Part shown: positions 50,554 through 60,679 of the stretch, in pieces
Layout of the letters: the number at the start of each line of letters is the position of its first letter
Numbering within the stretch: position 1 is the stretch's first letter
Assembly (NCBI GenBank): GCA_963756875.1
Contig: CAVWPA010000003.1
Coordinates: 416,001 to 480,000 of the forward strand
Source of the DNA: an uncultured Verrucomicrobiae bacterium
GTDB lineage: Bacteria > Verrucomicrobiota > Verrucomicrobiia > Chthoniobacterales > UBA10450
Length of the DNA: 64,000 bases
Direction: 5' to 3'
The notes under the pieces: model-generated
Databases searched by the model: none
What the model was told of the DNA's origin: nothing
What the model saw: only the letters and a program-made list of their open reading frames with translations
Made by a program: the position numbers and the translations under genes

Positions 50554-50599
50554 TTGACGCTGAGACCCAAATATGAGAATTATAGGAATAACGATAAAT
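50554..50599 (+). promoter_or_regulatory. Conserved promoter motif upstream of PEP-CTERM gene 2
   Basis: TTGACG-N9-AAATATGAGAATTATAGGAATAACGATAAAT. Confidence 0.7.
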
Positions 50600-50645
50600 A
50601 CAGTGCTTATTGTCGACTAACACTAACTATTCCTGAACTAATATT

Positions 50646-51326
50646 ATGAATACCAAATCCATCGCCCGCCGTTGTCTGCCAGTTGCCCTGGGTGCGCTGT
50701 CACTTCTCTGCCTGGCTACCACCTCCCGTGCCACGGTTTTGAATTACACGCCGAATCCGGCAGACCTCTACGACCTCGATCACCACTACAGCTATTCGTG
50801 GAGGATCGACAATATTAACCTGCCCAGCAATGCTCTGATCGAGAGCGCGACACTCACCTTCACCAACATTGCCAACTGGGACAGTAATCCGAACATGCTC
50901 TTCGTTTACCTTTTGGACACGGCAACGCATTCAGGGGTCAACTCGTTTCAGGACCATCCCCTCTACGAAGCCCCCGTGGGCGACATCACCGACCACTTTG
51001 CCAACGGTGCCGTTATCCCGTCGCTTGTCAGTGGTACAACCGCGATGACAAAATTGTTCCAGAAGTCGTTTACAACGACGCCCACCACCTACACGTACAC
51101 TTTCACGGCAAGCCAGCTCACGACATTGATGAATTACATCGGTAATGGAAAGAACGTTGCGCTTGGCTTCGACTCGGAGTGTCACTTTTTCAACGATGGC
51201 ATCACTTTTAGTATTAATTACGTCACGCCAATTCCAGAAATGGCGAATGGCATCCCGGTCTTTTGTTTGGTTGCGGTTGCAATAGGCTTCGAACTCTGGC
51301 GTCGCCGCTCCGCAGTCAAAGCCTGA
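50646..51326 (+). CDS. PEP-CTERM-like surface protein (IPEM variant)
   Basis: Signal peptide; PIPEMANGIPVFCLVAVAIGFELWRRR. Confidence 0.8.
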   Translation: MNTKSIARRCLPVALGALSLLCLATTSRATVLNYTPNPADLYDLDHHYSYSWRIDNINLPSNALIESATLTFTNIANWDSNPNMLFVYLLDTATHSGVNSFQDHPLYEAPVGDITDHFANGAVIPSLVSGTTAMTKLFQKSFTTTPTTYTYTFTASQLTTLMNYIGNGKNVALGFDSECHFFNDGITFSINYVTPIPEMANGIPVFCLVAVAIGFELWRRRSAVKA

Positions 51327-51395
51327 AGGCGTTTGGCTAAGGCTCGCATGCGCAGCCGCACTCCAAAAGAGTGCGGCTGCGCTGTTTTCGCGAAA

Positions 51396-53099
51396 TCAAT
51401 GGGAGCCTCCGCTGGCAAGGCAGCGGTCGAGCAAAGCTCTCTCCTCCGGAAGAAGCGGCGCATTTGCACCGCGCTTTAGATAAGGCTGTGCTTCATTCCT
51501 TTGGTTGGCGGCTGTCAGAAAAATTCCAAGATAGGCGCCAGCTGCTGGCTCGTTCAATTGCTCCGGAGAAAGCGATCTCATTATTCTAATCGCTTGCTGG
51601 GCGTTGCCTCTTGAATAAAGAGCAAAAGCGTAAGTCGAGGCAAACGCTGGGTTGGATGGTTGGCGATGGTAGAGTTCCGCCGCCATTTTCTCAGCGTGCT
51701 GAGTGTCGACATTTAAAAGGAGCGAAACTTGGGCGAGGTTATTGCGCACGGTCAGATCATCCGGTGTTGCTGCTGCAAGCTTGGCTAAAACGCGATAAAG
51801 ATCGCGTGTGTCCTTCTGATCGGCGTAATGCTTGTACAGCGTGCGCAAGGCTTCCGTTTGTCTTTCCGGAAACTTCGCCATTTGCCAAAGCAGATCGACC
51901 GCTTCTTTCTTCCAGCCCCAGTCGATCACCGAGCGTTCCAGCATGTCTAGCTCCCGCGGATCCTCTGCTACTTCGCGGGTGGAGGCCGACCATTCGCGAT
52001 CGGACGCTTCAGTTTTCTTTTGCTCACGCAAAGCGCGGGCGAGAAACGCGCGCCGCATGAAATCAAGCCGCGGCCATTGCCCACTTCCCGCAAATCGCTC
52101 CAATCCCTGCCAATCAGCAAGTCGGAGGTACGAGTTCGCGAGCTCAATCGGCACCGGCCATTTTCCAGCCTTCTCTTGACCGAGGCTGCGCGTAAAATTG
52201 AGTGCCAGCAGAGCCATTCCGCGGTTGTTCATCCAGGCAACCAGCTGGGCGAGGTTTAAGGGATGGATGGACGCATTTTTCTCGGTCTCGTCCAGAATGC
52301 GCGCGAATTTTGGATCGTTCGTCGTGCGCAAGATATCGAGATAGAGCAAGCGGTCGGAAAAAAGCGACTCGGGATAATTTTGCAAGTCATGTGCCAGCTC
52401 CTTGAGCCTATCTGTGCTGGCGTGACGAAGAATAGCATCCTCGATCAGCGCCCGGGTTGCAGAGAGCCGCTCTCCTTTGTCTGCACGAAGTTCCTCAAGA
52501 GAAGCGTGGCCGGCTTTCTGAAGCGCTGGCGTGTTCGAGCGAAGATTAGCGAGCGCGAGACCCAACGTATACGATTTATTTCCCGGCTCGATCTCCGCAG
52601 CGCGCGTCCATTCGCGCCGGGCGTCCGCTTGATCCCCCTTCACGTCCGCAATCTGCGCTGCGATTGCGTGAGATGCCCCCGTTTCGCCATTCTTCTTTGC
52701 AGTAACGAGGACCTTTTCGGCTTCTGCCATCTCGTCGAATTGCAAGGCGCAGTTTGCCAAAGCAACCAGGTCGCTCTGCGAATTCGGCGCGAGCTTGACC
52801 GCTTCACGCCTCCATTCCAACGCGGTCGGGTTCTTGGTGCGCTCCGCAATTTGAGCGAGGACCCGGGCGGCTTCCGGCGTGGGTTTGATGTTCCTTGCGC
52901 TTTGTGCGCTGAGCATCGCCTGGCGCAAATCGCCCGCGCTTAAATATGCTGCCGCGCGCCGCGCCAGGTGTTTCGATTCGAAATTACGATAAAGATAAAC
53001 TCCGCCCCAGCAAAGAAAGGCAAGCAACACGCATCCGATAGGTACGCCGAGCGCAAGCCGAATATAGGTTCGCTGAGTTCTTTCGACCAATCTTTCCAC
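51396..53099 (-). CDS. Membrane-anchored TPR-like protein 2
   Basis: N-terminal TM, HLARRAAAYL, ALEWRR, helical repeats; GTG start chosen by alignment to the paralogue. Confidence 0.8.
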   Translation of the reverse strand: MERLVERTQRTYIRLALGVPIGCVLLAFLCWGGVYLYRNFESKHLARRAAAYLSAGDLRQAMLSAQSARNIKPTPEAARVLAQIAERTKNPTALEWRREAVKLAPNSQSDLVALANCALQFDEMAEAEKVLVTAKKNGETGASHAIAAQIADVKGDQADARREWTRAAEIEPGNKSYTLGLALANLRSNTPALQKAGHASLEELRADKGERLSATRALIEDAILRHASTDRLKELAHDLQNYPESLFSDRLLYLDILRTTNDPKFARILDETEKNASIHPLNLAQLVAWMNNRGMALLALNFTRSLGQEKAGKWPVPIELANSYLRLADWQGLERFAGSGQWPRLDFMRRAFLARALREQKKTEASDREWSASTREVAEDPRELDMLERSVIDWGWKKEAVDLLWQMAKFPERQTEALRTLYKHYADQKDTRDLYRVLAKLAAATPDDLTVRNNLAQVSLLLNVDTQHAEKMAAELYHRQPSNPAFASTYAFALYSRGNAQQAIRIMRSLSPEQLNEPAAGAYLGIFLTAANQRNEAQPYLKRGANAPLLPEERALLDRCLASGGSH

Positions 53100-53338
53100 A
53101 ACTTTGAATAAACGATAGGATGCATCCTTCCGGAAAGTCAATCGACCCTTGCCGGACCTGCATCTGCTTTGCAAAGCGCTTGAACTAGCACGTCGCATTC
53201 CAAAACAGAGAGACTGCAGGTCGCTGTCCGCATGCTTAAAGCGGACTCACGATTCGTCGAGGCTGAGAGCTCGAAGAACTTGCCGAACCGAAGCGCCGCC
53301 AACAGAACCCCGCCAACGGGAACGAGCCTTCAGGATTG

Positions 53339-54046
53339 TTATGGGCTTACGACTGAAATAGTGGGAGGGTCGGCTAGCGTTCCAAGCTTGTTGCTAAAGT
53401 CTGGGCCACTCTCGCCAGGGAAATGAAGCGCGGCTTCGGCAAATATCGGCGGCAGTTCGTTTGCGGATACGGCGCTGAACACGCTCACTTCAGCAACGTT
53501 GAAGGGTGACTTGGTTGACTTTAGCCGCGTCCATCGAAACGCAACGTAACGTGCTGGGGTAGGCGCAAAAGTGATCGCAGCTCGGGCCGCATCGGTTTGA
53601 TCGATGGTGCACGCCAAGGGTGTGGCAGCACTAAGATCGCCGGGACGGTTCGGTAAAGCGTTCAACAGATAAACATCGAGTTTCGCATTGCTCCCTGCGT
53701 TAAAGACGGCGCCGACATGGTGGACGGGTTCGCCTCGTGCGAGCTCGAGGATGGCAGTGGGCTGTAGATCAGAGCCGGAAAAACGGAACACCGTTCGCAG
53801 ATCGTCGTCGATCATGCGGACGGTAAAAGCGATTGCGCCCGAACTGAGATAGACGACGCGTGCCCGGGCCTGCCATTTGGCCAGGTCGAACTCAACTTTT
53901 TCATCCGGCCGAACGGTCAGGCTGTTGTAAACGACGGGTTCCGCAGTTTCAGTGGGTTCTGTTCCCAAAACAGGTCGACCAGGCAGGGCGATTGCAATGC
54001 CCATTGCGAGCGAAGCACAGCTCCAAGCTGCGTGGAGAAATCTCAT
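53339..54046 (-). CDS. Hypothetical secreted protein
   Basis: Signal peptide; ARYVAFRW..VAEVSVF resembles a galactose-binding-like fold end. Confidence 0.6.
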   Translation of the reverse strand: MRFLHAAWSCASLAMGIAIALPGRPVLGTEPTETAEPVVYNSLTVRPDEKVEFDLAKWQARARVVYLSSGAIAFTVRMIDDDLRTVFRFSGSDLQPTAILELARGEPVHHVGAVFNAGSNAKLDVYLLNALPNRPGDLSAATPLACTIDQTDAARAAITFAPTPARYVAFRWTRLKSTKSPFNVAEVSVFSAVSANELPPIFAEAALHFPGESGPDFSNKLGTLADPPTISVVSP

Positions 54047-54394
54047 AGGCGCTTCGAGAAAAGCTAGGAGCGTACCACCCATCCGCCCAGCTCCTGTCTT
54101 TAGGGCTGAGGCGTTCTGGGTCGCGAATTCAAATTCGCCAACGCTTTCTCGATTTAGAGCCCAAGACGGGTTAGCACTGTTGAAAAGCTTAGCCGAGCGG
54201 GATTCCTGTGGTGGCAGCCGTGCCGGCTGCGTTACGTTTTGCAGGCGACACGCCTGCCTCTACTGAGTTACGATAAGAGGCTTTTCAACAGAGCTAGACG
54301 GGTTCTAAGCTTTTTCTTGAGCACGGCTTCGCTGTACTCCGTGCATAGAACTGGGGCTGTGGGTGCCTATTCTGAAGCCATCTTGGGACGCGGC

Positions 54395-55628
54395 TTAATG
54401 ACTGCGATCATTGCCCCCAGCACCGTTTGCCGGCTCTGCGACCAGGATTTCCCGTGGGTCGTCCGTCTGCGGCACCAATTCGAGTTTTAAGGCCGACGTC
54501 ATCTCGACTTGAGGTTCGCCGCGTCGCTTCTGCAACGCATCCAGCCCGCGACGCATTCTGCCCTTGTCGCTGCAGTACCAGCAGGGCTGTTTCTTCGGTC
54601 ACTTCCTGGCGTTCCAATGCTTCCAACAAACAATGATCAAAGGTGTGCCAGCCATAGGTTGTGGCGGCCTCGATGATTTCGTGAAACGTTTTGCCTTCCG
54701 ACTCGCCGTAGCGAATCGATTCGCGAGTGCGCAGGCTGTTGCCGATGATCTCGCTGACCAGCAGGCGCGCGCCGTCCACCTTCGGGACCAGCCGCTGGCT
54801 CACAATGTATCGGACGGTGTCGGACAAGCGATAGCGCACCTGTTCCTCTTCGTCCTTTGAGAAGAAACCGATAATCCGGTTAATTGTCTGGCCGGCATTG
54901 ATCGTATGCAGTGTGCTGAAAACCACGTGCCCGGTCTCCGCGGCAGTCAACGCGATTTCCATCGTTTCGCGATCGCGAATTTCTCCCACCAGAATTACTT
55001 TTGGAGCCTGACGCAGGGCCGCCCGCAACCCTTCGGCGAAGCTTCGGAAATCCTTGCCCAGCTCCCGGTGGCTGACCACTGCGCGAAGATGCGAATGGAC
55101 AAATTCAATCGGGTCTTCAAGCGTGACGATGTGAATGTCCTGGGTCTGATTTAACTCGTTTATCAATGCAGCCAGGGTGGTCGTTTTGCCGCTGCCAGCC
55201 GCGCCCGTCACGAGAACGATCCCATTTTTCGTTTTGATGACCTCTTGGAAAACTGGCGGTAATCCGAGTCCTGTCAGTGTGGGGACGCTTGACTCCAGCG
55301 TTCGCATTACAATGGCGCGGCGGCCGTTCTCTTTATAAATATTTGCGCGGAAGCGGGCGACATTATTCACCGCATAACTGCAATCGCACGAACCGGTCGC
55401 ATCGAATTCCGCCTGTAATCGTTCGTTGTCCCCGGTAATGTGGGCGGCCAGTTCCTCGATTAGCTCCGGAGTAAGGAGCGGACCGCTTCCCGTCTCAATT
55501 GCAAATTCTTGCAACCGTCCATGTGTTTCAACCAGCGGCGTTTTTCCAGCAATAAAAAGCAGGTCTGAAACTCCATCTGCGCTTTGGAGCATGCTCGCAA
55601 GCAAGCCATCGACGACTGTTTTATCCAT
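54395..55628 (-). CDS. pilT: PilT/PilU-family pilus retraction ATPase (+1 frameshift near 54578)
   Basis: GAAGSGKTT, TLEDPIE, AALRQAPKVILVGEIRD, ETGHVVFSTLHT; corrected C-terminus ends at TAA 54395. Confidence 0.9.
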
Positions 55629-55860
55629 CTGTGCGCCATCTCACTAAAGCTAGGAGTGTGCCTGCGTCCCGTCCGAAATTTGTTCCTCGCTGCTTGCTTT
55701 TGGCAAGATTAGTTAGGGCACTATCGTGCGCTGACGCATCAAGGCGACTGGATTAACGCAATCTCAAAACATTCCGCCGCTAAGATCGAAGAATACCAAA
55801 AACAGGCGTGTACGCGTGTAAAAACCTTCCGCTTAAGCAGCCGAAGGTGTCGCTGCAGTA

Positions 55861-56721
55861 CTAGCCCCCGTTATGAGCAAAAATCTGGTCCAAATCTGCG
55901 AGCACTCTCTCCGGGTCGGGACCATTTGGCCCGCCGTCATTGTTCGACAGGACGTCGCCGTTGGCATTTACCAGGATTAGCCAAGGAACGCCCCGCACGA
56001 GGTTCTTCATGATCGCTTGTTTACTGGCAATCTTATCGTAAGCGACCGCGGGCCAAGGCATGTTTGTCTCACTTATGTAGGTCTCCATGGCGAATTGAGA
56101 TCGATCGAGACTAAAAAATATCACTTCGAATTCGGGATGTGCGAGCGCAACACGATTGTAGTAATCGATCAGCTGCGAAGTGAATTTGCGGCCCTGCGGG
56201 GAGCCAAACGCTGAAAAGAAGAATAGGTAAAGCTTTTTGTTCTCGAGCGCTTCGTCATCGAAAGGGTTCAGGCTGTCTTCGTGCCAATAGACCAGATCCC
56301 CTTTAAGTAGGCGGTACATCGCGTCGGGTGCTCCACCTTGGGTCGGCTTCCTTGGTCGCTCTTTGCTGTTGCTTTTTGGCGTCTGAGCGTTTCTCGCCTC
56401 TTGAAGGGCCTGTGCTGCGCTCTCTTCCTGGGCTGCCAGCTTTTCCTGGACGGCCGCGATTTCGGAAGGAGACGCTTGATATCGCGCGCTTCGCAGTGCA
56501 TCAATCAGCGATTGGCTCGCGCCCGCCTGAACAAGCTGCTTTTCAATTGCGGGATCGAACGTATCGCCAAAATGGCGCACCGAAAGCTCCTGCAGCGCCG
56601 CTTCACTCGAATAACCGGAACGCAACATCAAACTTACTTCTTTTGCAGTGAGCGGCATCGTGCTGCAAAGCGCGCCGCACGCGCTCGCTAGCGACAAGAA
56701 AGCAATCAAAAGGCGCGACAT
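55861..56721 (-). CDS. Secreted thioredoxin/nucleoredoxin-like protein lacking CxxC
   Basis: LFFFSAFGSPQGRKFT in place of SAxWCxxCRxFT; FEVIFFSLD, MPWPAV, GVPWLILV. Confidence 0.8.
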   Translation of the reverse strand: MSRLLIAFLSLASACGALCSTMPLTAKEVSLMLRSGYSSEAALQELSVRHFGDTFDPAIEKQLVQAGASQSLIDALRSARYQASPSEIAAVQEKLAAQEESAAQALQEARNAQTPKSNSKERPRKPTQGGAPDAMYRLLKGDLVYWHEDSLNPFDDEALENKKLYLFFFSAFGSPQGRKFTSQLIDYYNRVALAHPEFEVIFFSLDRSQFAMETYISETNMPWPAVAYDKIASKQAIMKNLVRGVPWLILVNANGDVLSNNDGGPNGPDPERVLADLDQIFAHNGG

Positions 56722-57031
56722 GCTTATTCTGGTGAGCAAAAAATGGGCCGCCATTGCTTGATCTGACACTGCTCAGTTACGGCCGCCCGCGCGATCCGCC
56801 ACCCTGTGGCTTGGGTCCCATTGTTCGGCGCTTGAACGATAATGGTACCATCGGCTTGCACGCGAATCAGGCGCAGGCCTTGGCTGAGCTCCCGGCACAG
56901 TCCCGTCAGTTCTTCACGCAGTCGCTTGAGTTCGTCTTTCGATCCGCCGGCCATTTCTTGACGTCGGCAGAATGCCTAGGTTGCACCTTTTAAGTAGTAG
57001 CAAGGAACAGCCGCGCAGATAGCAGCCGATG

Positions 57032-57727
57032 CTACGGGGCGTTACGTCGTTTGCGGAACGTGAAGACTCCAATCAGCCCTAGCCCGAATAACACGATTGA
57101 ACCGGGTTCAGGCACCTGATGAAACGATTGACTGACCTGAGAAATCGTTACGAACCCACCATTAACGATCCCAAATCCGAGGTCCTTCGTCACGTCCAGA
57201 ACTTGCTGCGGCGGATTGACGTTAAGATTATCGCCTGCTTCCGAAAACGGATCACTCAGGTCATGAGCATCGAGATGGCCGTTCGCGACAACTGTGCCGC
57301 TCGTATCGCGCGCTGTCTCGTCAATCGAGAGAAATGAGCCAGTTGATGGCTGAGCACTGCCCGTGTACGATTGGTCGATCATATTGATCAAGCCGCTGCT
57401 TGTTGTTATCCTGTAGTTAAGAACAAGATCGGCAGTCGCCGGGCCACTGCTGACCAAACTCATATTCCCCGCCCACGTGAGATAATAGATTCCGTTTGAA
57501 AAAGAGGCCGTGACTCGTATTTGGGACGGATCGAAGTTCGTCAGACCGCTGGCGAAATAGTCAAAGTTACTGAAAGTCTTGTCGCCGATCATTAGCGATT
57601 CCCCGGTGTTCACGAGGTTCTCCAGGGTATCGGTCGTCTGACCATTTGCTCGCGCTGACCACCCAAGCAGGGCTGCTGCAAACAATCCAAGCACAGCCGC
57701 GCGTTTCTTTAACACACGCCGAAACAT
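57032..57727 (-). CDS. PEP-CTERM protein
   Basis: Signal peptide; VPEPGSIVLFGLGLIGVFTFRKRR. Confidence 0.92.
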   Translation of the reverse strand: MFRRVLKKRAAVLGLFAAALLGWSARANGQTTDTLENLVNTGESLMIGDKTFSNFDYFASGLTNFDPSQIRVTASFSNGIYYLTWAGNMSLVSSGPATADLVLNYRITTSSGLINMIDQSYTGSAQPSTGSFLSIDETARDTSGTVVANGHLDAHDLSDPFSEAGDNLNVNPPQQVLDVTKDLGFGIVNGGFVTISQVSQSFHQVPEPGSIVLFGLGLIGVFTFRKRRNAP

Positions 57728-57983
57728 AGGGACTTTTTATGCTTTGGTGGGTCGCGTAAGTCAAGCCTAGATTCTTAAAATTACCGGTTACTCTGGCGAA
57801 TCCTTTAAAGTGCTCTTTTTTGGAAAGCTGAGTCGAGACTTGTCGCGAAAACGAACCCGACCGGTCCGCTCGCAGTGACCGCTCTTGCTGGCGCTGCCCC
57901 AATCGTGCACGACGCAAGAGGCAAATCTGGTCACGTCCGCAGCGACTGACGGTAGCGGCACGAGCGCTGCTCTAGGTCCGAGT

Positions 57984-58787
57984 ATGGTTCTGAGGTCGAT
58001 ATCTCCTTTACGCCTAAGGATGGTTCTCGCCTGGCTCGCAGGCTGCCTCAGCTCTGTGGCCCTTCCATGTCTAGCGCAAGTGACGTTCTCGTTGGTCGAT
58101 AATACGCCGTACGACAAGCAGATGGCCCGCGTTTCCTCAGTTTTAGTTTCCGCGAATTATCACGCCAGCGGAGAACTTTCGCTGGCAAAGATCGACGAAT
58201 GGATGAGCCAATTGCGTGCGATCCCTTACCAATATTCCAAGGAATGGAAGACACCTGAGGAAGTGCAATTCGAGCGAGTTGCCGATTGCAAAGGGAAAGC
58301 AGTGGCGCTTTACGAGAAGATGCGGGTGAATGGCGAGAAAAATGTGCGTCTCATCATTGGGAAACGCTGCGCGGAAGCCCTGGTAACACACGCCTGGCTG
58401 GAGTGGAAAACGGGAGATGGAAACTACATTCTCGATCCAACATTTGATTCGATGGCCACAAGCGAGGTGCAAGACGGTTGGACATATATCCCGTTTTATG
58501 CATACGAAGGCGCGCAAAGATACCAGGCAATTCTTGCTCCCGTAGTCACGCAAACCGTAACGGCGCACAAGTTAGAATCTCCGTCTCAAGGGTTAACGGC
58601 GACGGCCTCAATACATTCCCCCACTTGTTTTGGGGGCGAATCGTCTGATCGCGTCCGTCGGCGCATCGATTACACTTCCCATCGCAGGCAACGCCGAAAT
58701 TGTCGGCTGGTCCAAGGCGTGACCGTGGCAGCGCGTAGAGATTACGTAATGCAACTGGCTCGCATGGAATGGCAATGGACTCCGTAA
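57984..58787 (+). CDS. Transglutaminase-like cysteine peptidase (BTLCP-like)
   Basis: WKTPEE, ADCKGKA (Cys), THAWL (His), YILDPT (Asp); start uncertain. Confidence 0.75.
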   Translation: MVLRSISPLRLRMVLAWLAGCLSSVALPCLAQVTFSLVDNTPYDKQMARVSSVLVSANYHASGELSLAKIDEWMSQLRAIPYQYSKEWKTPEEVQFERVADCKGKAVALYEKMRVNGEKNVRLIIGKRCAEALVTHAWLEWKTGDGNYILDPTFDSMATSEVQDGWTYIPFYAYEGAQRYQAILAPVVTQTVTAHKLESPSQGLTATASIHSPTCFGGESSDRVRRRIDYTSHRRQRRNCRLVQGVTVAARRDYVMQLARMEWQWTP

Positions 58788-58973
58788 AATCACTGAGCTG
58801 TGGCGAGTTTGTCGGTGCCCTGCTGGCCGCAAAAGATTGGCTTCAAGTGAAGACGCCTATTTTGCGGTGATTCGAGATTTCGTCTTTTAACTAGAACCCA
58901 ACCCAACCATAAAGGTCATTTTTTGGGGGCACGTCTCTTGCTAAATTCCTTCTGTTAGCGGTCTGCTCCTAAT

Positions 58974-59789
58974 ATGTTCTCGCTGGCGTTCGTTCCAAAC
59001 AAACGGTTTAAGCACTCAGCAATACTCTGGGGCGTCTCGGGGATGCTTCTGCTTATGCCCGCGGCCGCCCGCGCTACTGTATTCAGCTGGCCGGATTTGG
59101 GCTGGACTTCGGGTGTGCCTGCTCCTGGCCAAACGCTGACCCAAAGCTTCACAAGCGTTACCACTAACGACATCACGGTCAGCATCAATAATAATGGTAT
59201 CTCCAGTCAAGGGGCGACGTGGCAATCCGGCTACCCAGCAATTAACAGTACGAAAGAGACGGGCGGGTTTAGTGGCGTGGACGGAGTACAGCTTTTCGTA
59301 ACCAACCAAAGCAGCGTCTCATCATATATCAAAACAACCGTCACGTTTAACACGCCGGTGATCAATCTGTCCTTTCAGATCTGGGACGTGGATAAGAGCG
59401 CGGGTCAATTCGTCGATAAGATCGCTCAGATCCAAGCCATCGCCCAGGGAGGCGGAACCGTTGGTCCTGACACTGTCACCAGCGCGATGCCTGGGGTTAA
59501 TTCGATTACAGGCTCGGGCTTGAGTACCGTCGTTCTCGGCACCGCCACAGCCGCCGACAACACAAATCAAGGCACGATTAATATCACCTTTCTGGGGCCG
59601 ATAACGCAGTTCTCATTCCAGTGGTCCAACGACGATTCTGGCCTTGGAGCACAGGCGATCGCGTTGGGTCCGCTGACCTATGCAATCGTTCCCGAACCAT
59701 CCCAAGGATGGGGAGTGGCGTTACTTTGCGCAGTTGTGATTGCTGCCTGGACTATCTCTCGACGCAAGGAGACCCGGGCCAGATCGTAA
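58974..59789 (+). CDS. PEP-CTERM protein
   Basis: Signal peptide, Ser/Thr-rich; VPEPSQGWGVALLCAVVIAAWTISRRK. Confidence 0.88.
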   Translation: MFSLAFVPNKRFKHSAILWGVSGMLLLMPAAARATVFSWPDLGWTSGVPAPGQTLTQSFTSVTTNDITVSINNNGISSQGATWQSGYPAINSTKETGGFSGVDGVQLFVTNQSSVSSYIKTTVTFNTPVINLSFQIWDVDKSAGQFVDKIAQIQAIAQGGGTVGPDTVTSAMPGVNSITGSGLSTVVLGTATAADNTNQGTINITFLGPITQFSFQWSNDDSGLGAQAIALGPLTYAIVPEPSQGWGVALLCAVVIAAWTISRRKETRARS

Positions 59790-59945
59790 CGGCTGGATCA
59801 TCACGGCGGCTTGATCGCGCTAGAGGATGGGCCGTTGCAACACAGTGCAGCCCCGCCTCTGGGCGATCCGCGCTTTTTGTAACGGGCGTTCCCGCCGTAT
59901 TCTTAGTTACAACAACAGCGCCAGCGGGCCCTTCACAATCTCCCT

Positions 59946-60293
59946 TTAATTTATAAGCCGCGCTGGAGAAGGTAAACGCCTGCGGCGAAGCGCTGTGGCG
60001 GCTGCCGCGGTAATAAGGCCGGCGATTCCGATTAATACATTGCCTCCCGGAATCGGAGTAATGCCGTTAGCTCCGCTGCTGGTGCCCTTGGCAGCTCTGC
60101 CGCCGGCATTCCTCCTCGCGCCGCCACTGTGCGTAGCGCCCGCGACACCACTGACGCTATCGGCATATGAACTCGAGCCCGATGGCACCGTCGACGCGTC
60201 GCTGGCGTAGGTTGAGGTTCCATAAGCAACACCGGCGAGAGCCAATGCCAACGCGATGACAGGATACGTGAGAAGCTTGCTGGGGGTGATCAT
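59946..60293 (-). CDS. Small low-complexity protein with degenerate PEP-CTERM-like tail
   Basis: Signal peptide; TPIPGGNVLIGIAGLITAAATALRRRR. Confidence 0.6.
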   Translation of the reverse strand: MITPSKLLTYPVIALALALAGVAYGTSTYASDASTVPSGSSSYADSVSGVAGATHSGGARRNAGGRAAKGTSSGANGITPIPGGNVLIGIAGLITAAAATALRRRRLPSPARLIN

Positions 60294-60396
60294 TTCTCTA
60301 ATTTCATTCCGGCATAGCCGACGAGGCTGTCATTGCTAAAATTTCCACAATAAAGAGAGTTTACCAGATTTGCCAAGGGAACGACAAGTACAAAAT

Positions 60397-60639
60397 TCAA
60401 TAACCCGGTTTCATCCGGCTTTTATGCTTAACTCTGACGACAATGCCATCGGCGTGATGATTTATATTAACAATTTTAGGCAGCGCGGGCTGCGAGGAAC
60501 TGTTCGAATCGCTTCCGCCGATCTCGCGGTGGATGTTGTAGGTGAGAAAGCGAACGTCGAAATTGCTGCTCTGCGCCTGAAGGGTGCTCGCGGTCAGTCC
60601 CAACATCAGCACCCACGCGAGCAGGAATTTCCCCATCAC
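60397..60639 (-). pseudogene. Truncated endonuclease/exonuclease/phosphatase (EEP) gene fragment
   Basis: Signal peptide plus VRFLTYNIH first motif, then loss of similarity and an early stop. Confidence 0.6.
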
Positions 60640-60679
60640 TGCACTGCACCATTATAGGTCCTTTGGCTGGACCGCCACT

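Noticed and set aside
54171..54200. CIRCE-like TTAGCACT
   Set aside because: The second arm GAGTGCTAA is absent and no chaperone gene is adjacent.
56724..56993. Small ORFs on either strand
   Set aside because: No recognisable motif or convincing RBS; cannot choose a frame.
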